Notes: generated from the sequence alone by a model not told the origin. DNA of 64,000 nucleotides from Candidatus Omnitrophota bacterium (GCA_015232565.1 JADFZK010000002.1:57-64056); one strand, 5' to 3'; numbered from the stretch's first letter, positions 39,617 through 49,728 are shown. Numbers and translations are program-made.

Positions 39617-41167
39617 ATGAAAATATTCACACCATGGCTTCTGTTTCTCCTGGTTCTTTCTGCTTCCCATCCAGTAAATGCTTGTTCTGGACTCGGGGCT
39701 ATTCCTGTTCAACATCATGGCCGGATAAAAGCTTTTTCGGCTTTTGCACAGGAAACTTTGCAATCCATAAGCGGTAAAGATCGGTGGCATGGTCAAAGCG
39801 CAGTTGATTTTATCCTGTTTAATTCCGAACATCCCGCCATCTTCCTGGAACTGCCGCTCATCAGGATAGATCATCCGGTCTTAAAGTCCCGGCTCGGTTT
39901 ACCTTCCGGCGAGAATAATTTCTCCTATCTGAAAATCCAGCCGGCGTTAAGTGTTCTAAAGGTGTTGGTGCAAAGTGCCGCCGCTAAGCGCGAGAAAGAC
40001 GAACGCCCTTCAGCCTTGGAACAGCAGGCCGAGATCTTATACCAGCGTTTTATTACCGTTGAACATTTAAGTACTGGTGAGCGGATAACTGTTATTCCGG
40101 CCAAAGTCGCCTGGGTGTCTCCATACAAGACCGCTGGCCCTCAGGCTGAGACGTTTAAGAAATTAGTGCGGGAATCGGTGATTAACCCTCGGGGATCGTC
40201 TAGCGCGGTTAAGCTATGGTCGGCCCAGGTTGCTGCATCTTTAGAACCCGGCCAGGGGACCAGGATCCAACTCGAAGCTTTTTATTACCTGCTGCGGCCT
40301 TTTTATTATGCCTGGATACTTTATCTGGCTGGTTTTGTTTTATTGCTCTTGACTAGACCGCTGTTCCGTAGCCTGGGTAAATATTTGATCCTGGCCGGAT
40401 TTGTGCTCCATACTGGAGGATTATTACTACGTTGGCTGATATTGCTCAGACCTCCGGTGGCTAACATGTACGAGACCATGATCTTTATGGATTGGGGGTT
40501 GATGTTAACGGTGGGCATTTTTGTGGTCATCCAGAAGCGGGCCGTTTTTCTTTCCAGCGGGGCTTTGGTAAGTGCTTTGGTTATGCTCTATGCCAGGCTG
40601 TTGCCGGTAGACCAGTCATTAGACGTGCTGGCTCCGGTTTTGCGCAGTAGTTACTGGCTTACCGTTCATGTGATCACGATCATTTCCAGTTATAGTCTGT
40701 TTGCTTTCGCCATGGCGGTGGCGCATCGCCATTTGTTCCTGTCCGTAAGGGCCAAAATGAGTCCTCAGGAAGATCAGTTATCAGCTGACACCATCTATCG
40801 TTTATTGCAAGCCGGGCTTATAGCTTTGGGCGCCGGCACTATTCTGGGCGGCGTATGGGCTAATGAAGCCTGGGGGCGTTTCTGGGGCTGGGATCCAAAA
40901 GAAACGTGGGCATTTATTACGTTCCTTGGTTATATGGCTATTTTGCATCTACGTTACAGTAAGAAGCTGAGCAATTTTGCCCTGGCGGTGGGCGGGATAC
41001 TGGGGTTCCTTCTGGTCATCATGACCTGGTACGGCGTAAACTTTGTGCTGGGGCGCGGTATGCACAGTTATGGCGCAGGCTCGGGTGGTTTACAATGGAT
41101 CGTGTATTTTCTGGTTTTTGAAGTTGGGTTTCTTTCTTATGTGGGATTTAAAAGACGCTCTGCTTAG
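39617..41167 (+). CDS. ccsA: cytochrome c biogenesis protein CcsA (System II)
   Basis: WANEAWGRFWGWDPKETW WWD domain, WLTVHV and GMHSY motifs. Confidence 0.9.
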   Translation: MKIFTPWLLFLLVLSASHPVNACSGLGAIPVQHHGRIKAFSAFAQETLQSISGKDRWHGQSAVDFILFNSEHPAIFLELPLIRIDHPVLKSRLGLPSGENNFSYLKIQPALSVLKVLVQSAAAKREKDERPSALEQQAEILYQRFITVEHLSTGERITVIPAKVAWVSPYKTAGPQAETFKKLVRESVINPRGSSSAVKLWSAQVAASLEPGQGTRIQLEAFYYLLRPFYYAWILYLAGFVLLLLTRPLFRSLGKYLILAGFVLHTGGLLLRWLILLRPPVANMYETMIFMDWGLMLTVGIFVVIQKRAVFLSSGALVSALVMLYARLLPVDQSLDVLAPVLRSSYWLTVHVITIISSYSLFAFAMAVAHRHLFLSVRAKMSPQEDQLSADTIYRLLQAGLIALGAGTILGGVWANEAWGRFWGWDPKETWAFITFLGYMAILHLRYSKKLSNFALAVGGILGFLLVIMTWYGVNFVLGRGMHSYGAGSGGLQWIVYFLVFEVGFLSYVGFKRRSA

Positions 41168-41185
41168 TTGTTCAACAGGTAACCA

Positions 41186-41845
41186 ATGAAAAACAAAAAT
41201 TATTATCCGGTTAATCTGGATCTTCAGGGCCGTCAGTGTTTGGTGGTGGGTGGGGGAGATATCGCCGGGCATAAGGTCCGGGCGCTTTTAGAATGCGGGG
41301 CATTGGTCACGGTGATAAGTCCGATTATCAAAGCCGGTTTGCAAAGTCTGGTCAGAAGCAAAAAAATCTGTTACATAAAAGACCAATATCAGAAGCAATA
41401 TTTAAAAGGCGTATTTCTGGTGATAGCGGCTACCAATGTGCCGTCAGTCAATTCTATGATCGCCAAACAGGCCGCGGCCCGGAATTTGCTGGTAAATGTT
41501 GTGGATGTGCCGGATTTATGTAATTTTATTGTCCCGGCGGTTATTCGTCGGGGGCCGTTGGTGCTGGGCATTTCCACCAGCGGCCACAGCCCGCTATTTG
41601 CGCAAACTATGAAGGTCAAATGTGAAAAATGCGCGACTCCGGCGTTGGGGTCCTTTATTAAAATGATGGGTGATTCGCGTAAGGAAGTACAGGCTTGTTG
41701 CGACACAACTTCCCGGCGTAAAGATGTTTATATGGAAATGATCAATTCTCCGATGCTGTCATTATTGGAACAGGGTAAAGTGCGTGAAGCCCGGCAGACT
41801 TTACACGATATTATGGCGAGATCAACATGCGGCCCAAAGATATAA
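41186..41845 (+). CDS. precorrin-2 dehydrogenase / sirohydrochlorin ferrochelatase (SirC/Met8-like)
   Basis: YYPV, VVGGG, NVVDVPDLCNF and ISTSGHSP motifs. Confidence 0.9.
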   Translation: MKNKNYYPVNLDLQGRQCLVVGGGDIAGHKVRALLECGALVTVISPIIKAGLQSLVRSKKICYIKDQYQKQYLKGVFLVIAATNVPSVNSMIAKQAAARNLLVNVVDVPDLCNFIVPAVIRRGPLVLGISTSGHSPLFAQTMKVKCEKCATPALGSFIKMMGDSRKEVQACCDTTSRRKDVYMEMINSPMLSLLEQGKVREARQTLHDIMARSTCGPKI

Positions 41846-42759
41846 TTGTTGTCGGTACCAGAAACAGCCAGTTGGCGCTTACCCAAACCAGCCAAACCAT
41901 AACGGCCTTAAAGTCACTCTGTCCTGGGCCGGAATTTGTAGTTAAAACTATTTCTACGGCCGGTGATCGGGTGCCCAATAATGAGGCACTGGCCGACCAT
42001 CAAGGGATCTTTGTTAAAGAATTGCAAGACGCCCTTTTACAAGGGAGTATCGACATTGCTGTTCACAGCTTGAAAGATATGCCTTGTGAGATTATGGCCG
42101 GACTTGAATTGGGGGCGGTTAGTGCTCGGGTAACCCCCCAGGACGCCTTCCTGGCGCGCGATAATGTGAGATTTGCTGGCCTGAAACCCAACGCCCGTAT
42201 TGGCACCAGTAGTATACGTCGGCGCGCGCAGGTCTTACTGGCCAGGCCAGACCTGCAGGTAGTTGGCCTGCGCGGGAATGTGGATACCCGCGTTCGTAAA
42301 TTGCAGGCGGGTGAGGTCGACGCTATTATTATTGCCGCCGCCGGGCTCACCAGGATCGGGCTGGATAACCTTATTACCGAGCTGATGCCTTTTGATATTA
42401 TGTTGCCTGCGCCTTGTCAGGGTGCCCTGGGTATCGAGATCCGACAAGGCGATCAGCAGTTAAAAGAAATAATCGCTAAATTCGATCATCAACCGACCCG
42501 GTTAGCGATAATGGCCGAACGGGCTTTTTTAAGCGGCTTGGGCGGCGGTTGCAGTCTTCCGGTAGGGGCTTATGCCGAAGTTTCTGGCCGGGTGCTCACG
42601 CTGAGAGTTCAGGTGGTCAGTCCTAACGGTGATAAATCTCTCCGGCGTACCGTTTCTGGCGATGTAAATAATGCGGACGATCTTGGGCAGGAACTGGCCC
42701 GGGAATTATTAACCTCCGAGGGCGAATGGTTACAGCAAGCATTAGGGATAAAAGCATGA
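41827..42759 (+). CDS. hemC: hydroxymethylbilane synthase
   Basis: GTRNSQLA, VHSLKD, GTSSIRR, RGNVDTR and GGCSLP motifs. Confidence 0.95.
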   Translation: MRPKDIIVVGTRNSQLALTQTSQTITALKSLCPGPEFVVKTISTAGDRVPNNEALADHQGIFVKELQDALLQGSIDIAVHSLKDMPCEIMAGLELGAVSARVTPQDAFLARDNVRFAGLKPNARIGTSSIRRRAQVLLARPDLQVVGLRGNVDTRVRKLQAGEVDAIIIAAAGLTRIGLDNLITELMPFDIMLPAPCQGALGIEIRQGDQQLKEIIAKFDHQPTRLAIMAERAFLSGLGGGCSLPVGAYAEVSGRVLTLRVQVVSPNGDKSLRRTVSGDVNNADDLGQELARELLTSEGEWLQQALGIKA

Positions 42760-44288
42760 ATATCGGCAAAGTTTATCTGGTGGGCGCCGGCCCCGGAGAT
42801 CCAGGGCTAGTGACCCTTAAGGCTGCTCATTGTTTAAAGATCGCGGATGTAGTGGTCTATGACCAGCTGGTCCATCCCGATATTCTGCAACTGGCCGGGA
42901 AGAAAGCCGCGCTGATATTTGGCGGTAAATACCCGCAGAACCATGTGCTGTTTCAGAACGAGATCAATTCCCTGCTGGTTAAACAAGCCCGGCAGGGCAA
43001 GACGGTGGTGCGTTTAAAAGGCGGCGACCCTTTGCTTTTTGGCCGGGGTGCGGAAGAAGCCCTGGAATTGGTCAAAGCGCGGATCCCTTTCGAAATAGTG
43101 CCTGGAGTCAGCTCCGCTTATTCGGTCCCGGCGTATGCCGGTATTCCGGTTACTTATCGTAATATCTCCTCGCGTTTGAATATTGTTACCGGTCATGAAA
43201 CTCCCGACAAAGGAGCGGCCACCATACCCTGGAAGAAGCTGGTCGATAAACACTCGACGCTGGTAATCTTGATGGGTATGGCTAATTTGGCGCAGATCAT
43301 TCAGCAGATCACCAAAGACCCGGCTACTTTAAAAATGCCTATAGCGGTCATTAATAACGGGACGCGTCGTGACCAGCGTGTTGTGACCGGGACTCTGGCT
43401 AATATTGTCACCCGGGTCCAGCAGGAGGGGATCAAGTCGCCAGCCATTATTGTTATAGGGGAAGTGGTTGGTTTACGTGACAAACTGCAATGGTTCAAGC
43501 CCGAACCTTTATTGCACGGAAAGCGCATTTTGGTAACCCGGCCGGAACATCAGGCGGCCGAGATCAGCGCGCTTTTAAAAGGCCATGGCGCCTATGTTAC
43601 AGCTATTCCTTTGATCGAAATCGTTCCGGCGCCGGATACTTTGAAGATCCGGTCCACTCTTAAGAACATTAAGGTCTATGATTGGGTGATATTCACCAGT
43701 GTCAACGGGGTCGATCTTTTTCTTAAGGCGATGAGCCGTAATAAATTGCCCAGGAGTCATCTGCGGAATATAAAATTTGCCGCTATTGGGCGCAAGACTG
43801 CGGATATTCTGGTAAAAGCGGGGCTCAAGGTCGCCTTGATCCCGAAAGATTTCGTTCAGGAGTCATTAGCCGATGAATTGATCCGGAAAGTCAGCCAGGA
43901 TGCGCGCTTACTGCTGGTTCACGCGGAGGGCAGTCGGCCGGTCCTCGAACAGAAACTGCTTTCGGCCGGATTTACTATTGATACAGTTGGGATATATAAA
44001 TCACTGCCGGTCCTGAAGAATCATGCGCGGATCAGGATGATGCTGGCCAGGAAACAGCTCGATGCTGTTCTACTGACCAGTTCTTCCTGTGTGGATAGTT
44101 TTGCGGATATCTTTGCCCGCCGACAGCTCAAAGCTAAAACTAAAGGAGTGGTTATTGGCCTGATCGGCCCGATCAGCGCCGCTACTGCGCGCCAGGTGGG
44201 TTTGCCGGTGACGGTGGAAAGCCGGGAGTTTACGGTCCAAGGCCTTACTAATGCTTTGATTGACCACTATAAGGTGGTTAATCCATGA
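42756..44288 (+). CDS. uroporphyrinogen-III C-methyltransferase / uroporphyrinogen-III synthase fusion (CobA-HemD)
   Basis: GAGPGDP and RLKGGDP in the N-half; ILVTRP, FTSVNGV and IGPISA in the C-half; start ATG at 42756. Confidence 0.92.
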   Translation: MNIGKVYLVGAGPGDPGLVTLKAAHCLKIADVVVYDQLVHPDILQLAGKKAALIFGGKYPQNHVLFQNEINSLLVKQARQGKTVVRLKGGDPLLFGRGAEEALELVKARIPFEIVPGVSSAYSVPAYAGIPVTYRNISSRLNIVTGHETPDKGAATIPWKKLVDKHSTLVILMGMANLAQIIQQITKDPATLKMPIAVINNGTRRDQRVVTGTLANIVTRVQQEGIKSPAIIVIGEVVGLRDKLQWFKPEPLLHGKRILVTRPEHQAAEISALLKGHGAYVTAIPLIEIVPAPDTLKIRSTLKNIKVYDWVIFTSVNGVDLFLKAMSRNKLPRSHLRNIKFAAIGRKTADILVKAGLKVALIPKDFVQESLADELIRKVSQDARLLLVHAEGSRPVLEQKLLSAGFTIDTVGIYKSLPVLKNHARIRMMLARKQLDAVLLTSSSCVDSFADIFARRQLKAKTKGVVIGLIGPISAATARQVGLPVTVESREFTVQGLTNALIDHYKVVNP

Positions 44289-45460
44289 TCAGTTTCTCCG
44301 GACTGCTGAATGATGTTAATTCCTATGGTGATAATTTACGTTATCGCCGCAGTACTGATGCGTCTAAACGTCGTCCGATCGTGGTCTGGAACTGTACCCG
44401 CCGTTGCAATCTTAATTGTGTGCACTGTTATTCGGATTCTGATGATAAGGATTACCCTTCCGAGTTAACCACCGAAGAAGCCAAAGCCATGATCCGCGGC
44501 TTGCAGGAATTTAATGTTCCGGTATTATTGTTCTCGGGTGGCGAGCCTTTACTGCGCCCGGACCTGTTTGAACTCGATGTTTATGCCCGCGAACGGGGAT
44601 TACGCACGGTGATTTCTACCAATGGCACCCTAATTACTCCCGGGGTCGCTCGCCGAATTAAGGATACCGGCTTTGAGTATATAGGTGTTAGCCTGGATGG
44701 TATTGGTCAGAATAATGACCGTTTTCGCGGTAAGCGCGGGGCGTACGATGCCGCTTTGGCGGGCATAAGGAACCTGGTCGCGGTCGGGCAAAAAGTGGGC
44801 TTGCGCTTTACCATAACCGGTGAGAATTATCAGGATATGCTCCGGCTTTTCGATTTGGTCGAGCAAGAAGCGGTGAACCGGATCTGTTTTTACCATCTGG
44901 CTTATTCCGGCCGGGGGACAGACCTTAGATCCAATGATCTGCCAGCTCAAGAAACCCGCCGGACGATCGATCATATTTTTCAATGGGTTATTTCACTTAA
45001 GGACCGGGGCATCAGTAAAGAAGTCCTTACTGTCGATAACCATGCCGATGGCGCATATTTATATCTAAAAGTCAAAAACCAGGATCCGGCCCGGGCTGAG
45101 GCGATGTATCGATTGTTGCGGGCCAACGGCGGGAATGCGTCGGGGGTGGGCATTGCTAATATCGACAATCAGGGTAATGTGCATGCCGATCAGTTCTGGC
45201 AGAAGGTGTCTTTTGGTAATGTGCGGGAACGTTCTTTCGGTAAAATCTGGACCGATACTTCGCATGAACTTATGCGCCAGCTTAAGGACCGCCAGCCGTT
45301 CTTAAAAGGCCGCTGTCCAAAATGCAAGTTCCTCGATATTTGTAATGGTAATTTACGGGTCCGCGCCTGGGCCGCTAACGGCGATATCTGGGCCGATGAT
45401 CCTGGGTGTTATTTAACTGATGCCGAGGTCTTTGAGACCACGGTGCCGCCAGTCTTATAA
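44285..45460 (+). CDS. ahbC: radical SAM/SPASM Fe-coproporphyrin synthase AhbC-like
   Basis: PIVVWNCTRRCNLNCVHCY, VDNHADG, HADQFW and CNGNLRVRA motifs. Confidence 0.82.
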   Translation: MISFSGLLNDVNSYGDNLRYRRSTDASKRRPIVVWNCTRRCNLNCVHCYSDSDDKDYPSELTTEEAKAMIRGLQEFNVPVLLFSGGEPLLRPDLFELDVYARERGLRTVISTNGTLITPGVARRIKDTGFEYIGVSLDGIGQNNDRFRGKRGAYDAALAGIRNLVAVGQKVGLRFTITGENYQDMLRLFDLVEQEAVNRICFYHLAYSGRGTDLRSNDLPAQETRRTIDHIFQWVISLKDRGISKEVLTVDNHADGAYLYLKVKNQDPARAEAMYRLLRANGGNASGVGIANIDNQGNVHADQFWQKVSFGNVRERSFGKIWTDTSHELMRQLKDRQPFLKGRCPKCKFLDICNGNLRVRAWAANGDIWADDPGCYLTDAEVFETTVPPVL

Positions 45461-45465
45461 TTATT

Positions 45466-46455
45466 ATGATCAAACACACACCCGATCTTTCTTCCCGTTT
45501 GCAAAAGAACCCGCCCTTACGCGCTTTTGCGCGTCAGGCCTTGGTTATGCCTTTTTTTGTCGTCGAAGGGCGCGGCATCAGAAACGCGGTGCCTTCAATG
45601 CCGGGGGTATACCAGCTCTCGGTCGATCGTTTGATAAAAGAAGTCGCGGCGGCCCGTTCGCTTGGTGTGCCAGCGGTTATCCTTTTTGGCGTTCCGTCGG
45701 CCAAGAATCTTCAGGGTTCGTCTGCTTATGCGGAGGATGGTATTGTTCAGCAGGCTGTTCGGGCGATCAAGAAGCACGTTAAAGATATTCTGGTTATTAC
45801 TGATGTTTGTTTGTGTGAATATACTTCCCATGGTCATTGTGGGGTCTTGCGCTCCTCTTACAAAGGCGCCGGGATAAAGAAACTAACCGATTTTATAGAT
45901 CTTAAAAAGACTTTATATTCTTTAGCCCAGACGGCTCTTTCACATGCCCGGGCCGGCGCGGATATGGTAGCGCCTTCAGCCATGATGCCGCTGCAGGTTG
46001 CGGCTATTCGTTCGTTGCTCGATCAGCAAGGTTTTAAGCCTACTCCTATAATGAGCTATAGCGCCAAGTTCGCTTCGGCTTATTACGGGCCTTTTCGTGA
46101 CGCGGCTGATTCCGCTCCGCAATTTGGTGATCGCCGAACCTATCAGTTGGATCCTGGAAATGCTCAAGCCGCGTTAACTGTGGTTCTGGCCGATATCGCG
46201 CAGGGTGCGGATATTGTTATGGTCAAGCCCGGACTGCCGTATCTGGATATTATTCGTCAGATCAAGGATAAGATCAATGTTCCACTGGCGGTATATAACG
46301 TGAGCGGAGAATATGCAATGGTTAAATCCGCGGCCCAAAAAGGCTGGGTGGACGAGAAAAAGATCATGCTGGAAAACTTTAACTCTTTTAAACGTGCCGG
46401 GGCCGGGATCGTGATCAGTTATCATGCCTGCGACCTGGCGGGATGGTTAAAATGA
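45466..46455 (+). CDS. hemB: porphobilinogen synthase
   Basis: DVCLCEYTSHGHCG, SAKFAS, MVKPG and YNVSGEY motifs. Confidence 0.95.
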   Translation: MIKHTPDLSSRLQKNPPLRAFARQALVMPFFVVEGRGIRNAVPSMPGVYQLSVDRLIKEVAAARSLGVPAVILFGVPSAKNLQGSSAYAEDGIVQQAVRAIKKHVKDILVITDVCLCEYTSHGHCGVLRSSYKGAGIKKLTDFIDLKKTLYSLAQTALSHARAGADMVAPSAMMPLQVAAIRSLLDQQGFKPTPIMSYSAKFASAYYGPFRDAADSAPQFGDRRTYQLDPGNAQAALTVVLADIAQGADIVMVKPGLPYLDIIRQIKDKINVPLAVYNVSGEYAMVKSAAQKGWVDEKKIMLENFNSFKRAGAGIVISYHACDLAGWLK

Positions 46456-47423
46456 TCATCTCCTGGAATATCACTAAAGCTTGTCAGTTAAAATGCCGGC
46501 ATTGCTACCGGGATGCCGGCACCAAAGAAGCGGATGAATTAACTACGGCCGAGGGTAAAGACCTGATCGAACAGATAGCTTTGGCGGGTTTCAAGATCCT
46601 CATAATTAGCGGCGGTGAACCGTTAATGCGGAAAGATGTTTATGAGCTAATTGCCCATGCGAAAGACCATGGCCTGCGCCCGGTATTGGGGACTAATGGT
46701 ATTATGATCGATACCTCCGTTGCCCGCCGGCTTAAAGCGGCTGGTTTAACCCGGGCCGGTATAAGCCTGGATAGCACTAACGAAGCAGTGCATGATGATT
46801 TTCGGCAGGATGCCGGTTCCTGGCAAGGCAGTCTGGCCGGAATGAAGGCCTGTGTGGCCGAGGGCCTGGATTTTCAGATCCACACTACCGTAACCACATA
46901 CAATTATCAAGACGTGGAGAAGATCACCGATCTTGCGGTCAGCCTGGGGGCGAAAGCGCATCATATTTTCTTTTTAGTGCCCACCGGAAGGGGTAAGGAT
47001 CTGGCGGCCGTCATACCGTCCAGTGAGTACCAACTGCTTTTAAAGAAGATCATGCAGAAACAACTCACCGTACCCATTGAGTTAAAGCCGGTCTGCGCTC
47101 CGCAATTTGTGCCTTTGGCGCATGATCTGCACCAGCCTACGCGTTTTACGCGTGGTTGCCTGGCGGGGGTGAGCTATTGTTGTATACTTCCTAATGGCGA
47201 TGTCCATCCTTGCCCGTATTTCCCTATAAAAGTGGGCAATGTACGCAATCAGAAATTCAGCTTAATGTGGCGGGATCACGCGCTTTTTAAAGAATTGCGC
47301 TCAGGCGAATATAACGGTAATTGCGGTGGTTGCCAGCACAAGTCTTCCTGCGGAGGCTGTCGGGCCAGGGCCTATGCCCAGACCGGGAATTATATGGACT
47401 TCGATCCCGAATGTATTTACTAA
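46452..47423 (+). CDS. ahbD: radical SAM/SPASM haem b synthase AhbD (NirJ2-like)
   Basis: SWNITKACQLKCRHCY, LVPTGRG, CAPQF, GCLAG and CGGCRARA motifs. Confidence 0.82.
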   Translation: MIISWNITKACQLKCRHCYRDAGTKEADELTTAEGKDLIEQIALAGFKILIISGGEPLMRKDVYELIAHAKDHGLRPVLGTNGIMIDTSVARRLKAAGLTRAGISLDSTNEAVHDDFRQDAGSWQGSLAGMKACVAEGLDFQIHTTVTTYNYQDVEKITDLAVSLGAKAHHIFFLVPTGRGKDLAAVIPSSEYQLLLKKIMQKQLTVPIELKPVCAPQFVPLAHDLHQPTRFTRGCLAGVSYCCILPNGDVHPCPYFPIKVGNVRNQKFSLMWRDHALFKELRSGEYNGNCGGCQHKSSCGGCRARAYAQTGNYMDFDPECIY

Positions 47424-47426
47424 TTC

Positions 47427-47876
47427 ATGACAAATAAAGACAAAAAATTCCTCAAAGGTTTACAAACCGATTTCCCTTTAGTCCTTCGGCCGTTCGCGGC
47501 TTTGGCGGCGGAACAGGGCTGTTCCGAGAAGGAAATGCTGGGATATTTCAGAAAATTAAAGGCCGACGGCGTTTTGCGTTACATTGCGGTAATGTTTGAC
47601 CTGCGCAAACTGGGAATAGTCTCCAGTTTGATAGCGCTCCGGGTGCCTAAAAGCAAGATCGCCAGAACTGTAAGGATAATTAATGCTTATCCTAATGTGA
47701 GCCATAATTATTTAAGGGACGATGATTATAATATCTGGTTTACTGTCAGTGCTGTTTCCGAGCGCAAGTTACAGGCCATTCTTGCCGATATCAGTCGTAA
47801 AAGCGGGATAACTGATATGCTGAACCTAAGGACCCGTCAGGTATTTAAAAGCCAAGCGGTGTTTGAATTGAAATAA
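47427..47876 (+). CDS. ahbA: siroheme decarboxylase subunit alpha
   Basis: LQTDFPL..RPF and VSHNYLR..YNIWFT motifs. Confidence 0.88.
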   Translation: MTNKDKKFLKGLQTDFPLVLRPFAALAAEQGCSEKEMLGYFRKLKADGVLRYIAVMFDLRKLGIVSSLIALRVPKSKIARTVRIINAYPNVSHNYLRDDDYNIWFTVSAVSERKLQAILADISRKSGITDMLNLRTRQVFKSQAVFELK

Positions 47877-47902
47877 ATCGTGTGGATTGGGCACTACTCT
47901 TT

Positions 47903-48376
47903 ATGACTTCGACTCTTAAAAAGACTGTTTTGGGCCTAACGGCTCCTTTGGCGCTGGTGCCCGAGCCGTATGCGGCGGTTGCCGCTGGCCTGGGTATTTC
48001 GCAAACCAGCCTTTTTTCCAGAATTAAGAAGTATAAGTCCGCCGGAATAGTCCGCCGGGTGGGTGTTGTCTTGGGTCATTATAAAGCGGGTTATAAGAGT
48101 AATGCTCTGGTTATGTGGCAGGTTGCGGAACCAAAACTTGCTTTTGTCGGAAAAGTTATGGCCAAGTTCCCGCAGGTCACACATTGTTATGCGCGCAAAA
48201 CATATCCCGGCTGGTCGTATAACCTTTACACCATGGTTCATGACAGGCATAAAACTGAGTTGCTTCAGACGATCCAGGCCATGTCGGTACGATCCAAGGT
48301 GAAGGTTTACAAAATTCAGTCCACGGTTCAGGAATTCAAGAAGATCAAAAGTGACCTTCAGGAGATACTCGCATGA
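47903..48376 (+). CDS. ahbB: siroheme decarboxylase subunit beta
   Basis: PEPY, VTHCYAR..W.YNLYTMVH and EFKK motifs; start at 47903 or 47882. Confidence 0.88.
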   Translation: MTSTLKKTVLGLTAPLALVPEPYAAVAAGLGISQTSLFSRIKKYKSAGIVRRVGVVLGHYKAGYKSNALVMWQVAEPKLAFVGKVMAKFPQVTHCYARKTYPGWSYNLYTMVHDRHKTELLQTIQAMSVRSKVKVYKIQSTVQEFKKIKSDLQEILA

Positions 48377-49647
48377 AATGTGTCCGGTCCAAACAGTTGT
48401 ATAAAGAAGCTCTAAAATATTTTCCCGGCGGGGTTAACAGCCCGGTACGGGCTTTCGGTGCGGTAGGCGGCACTCCGCTTTTTATAAAAAAAGGCCTGGG
48501 TGCGGTCATTCAAGACGAAGACGGTAATAAATATGTTGATCAGGTAATGAGCTGGGGGGCTTTAATTCTGGGCCATGCCAACCCGGTGGTGGTCAAAGCG
48601 GTTTCCGATGCAGTACGGAATGGTTCCAGTTTTGGCGCTCCCACCAGTTCGGAAACCGAACTGGCCCGGATCATTGGCCAGGCCATACCGTCCATGGAAA
48701 GAATGCGTTTTGTTAGTTCGGGCACCGAGGCCACCATGAGCGCTATCCGTTTAAGCCGCGGCTTTACTGGCCGTAACAAGATCATCAAGTTCGCTGGTTG
48801 TTATCACGGTCATTGCGACAGCTTGCTGGTTAAAGCCGGCTCTGGCGCCGCCACTCAAGGCATTCCGGGCAGTGCCGGAGTATCCGCTGTTATAAGCGGC
48901 GATACTTTGGTTTGTCCCTACAATGATTTAGCTTATTTCCGTCGTCTCATTGCCAGGTTTGCCAAAGATCTCGCCTGCGTTATTATTGAACCAGTGGCGG
49001 CTAATATGGGCGTGGTGCTTCCCAGGGAAGATTTTATGCACGAAGTGCGCAATTTGACCGCAAAACACGGGATATTGTTGATATTTGACGAAGTTATTTC
49101 GGGATTTCGCTTTCATTTCGGGGGAGTGCAGACCTTACAGAATATCCGTCCGGACCTGACTTGCCTTGGCAAGATAATTGGCGGCGGGTTGCCGATCGGG
49201 GCTTATGGCGGCCGGAAAGACATTCTGGCCCGGGTGGCACCATTGGGGGATGTGTACCAAGCCGGCACTTTGTCGGGTAATCCGCTGGCAGTCGCCGCCG
49301 GCCTGGCCGTCCTGAATACCTTAAAGAAAAGCGATTACACAATTCTTGATCAAAGAACGCTCGAGTTGTGCCAGGGCCTGACTGAACAATTCAAGCATAA
49401 TAAAACGCCAGTTGTTATCAATCGCGCCGGGTCATTATTCACGATTTTCTTTACTGCCCGGCCAGTGACCGATTTTGCTTCGGCTTGTCAAGCCGATCCG
49501 GATCGTTATGCCCGGTTCTTCTGGACCATGTTGCGCCAGGGCATCAATCTTCCCCCGTCGCAGTTTGAAGCCCAGTTCCTTTCATTTAGCCACACTTCCA
49601 GGAATATTGATCAGATATTGACGTCCGCTGGTAAGCTGGGAAAATAA
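48373..49647 (+). CDS. hemL: glutamate-1-semialdehyde 2,1-aminomutase
   Basis: PGGVNSPVRAF, SGTEATM, GKIIGGG, AGTLSGNP and PSQFEA motifs. Confidence 0.96.
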   Translation: MKCVRSKQLYKEALKYFPGGVNSPVRAFGAVGGTPLFIKKGLGAVIQDEDGNKYVDQVMSWGALILGHANPVVVKAVSDAVRNGSSFGAPTSSETELARIIGQAIPSMERMRFVSSGTEATMSAIRLSRGFTGRNKIIKFAGCYHGHCDSLLVKAGSGAATQGIPGSAGVSAVISGDTLVCPYNDLAYFRRLIARFAKDLACVIIEPVAANMGVVLPREDFMHEVRNLTAKHGILLIFDEVISGFRFHFGGVQTLQNIRPDLTCLGKIIGGGLPIGAYGGRKDILARVAPLGDVYQAGTLSGNPLAVAAGLAVLNTLKKSDYTILDQRTLELCQGLTEQFKHNKTPVVINRAGSLFTIFFTARPVTDFASACQADPDRYARFFWTMLRQGINLPPSQFEAQFLSFSHTSRNIDQILTSAGKLGK

Positions 49648-49703
49648 CATAATTTTGTGTATTTACTGGCGCAATTGTATGTGTGAATAATTGTTTATTC
49701 GCC

Positions 49704-49728
49704 GGGCGGAGACAAGCTCCGCCCCTAC
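49704..49728 (-). repeat. GTAG-family REP-like palindrome
   Basis: minus strand reads GTAG-GGGCGGAG-cttgt-CTCCGCCC. Confidence 0.6.
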
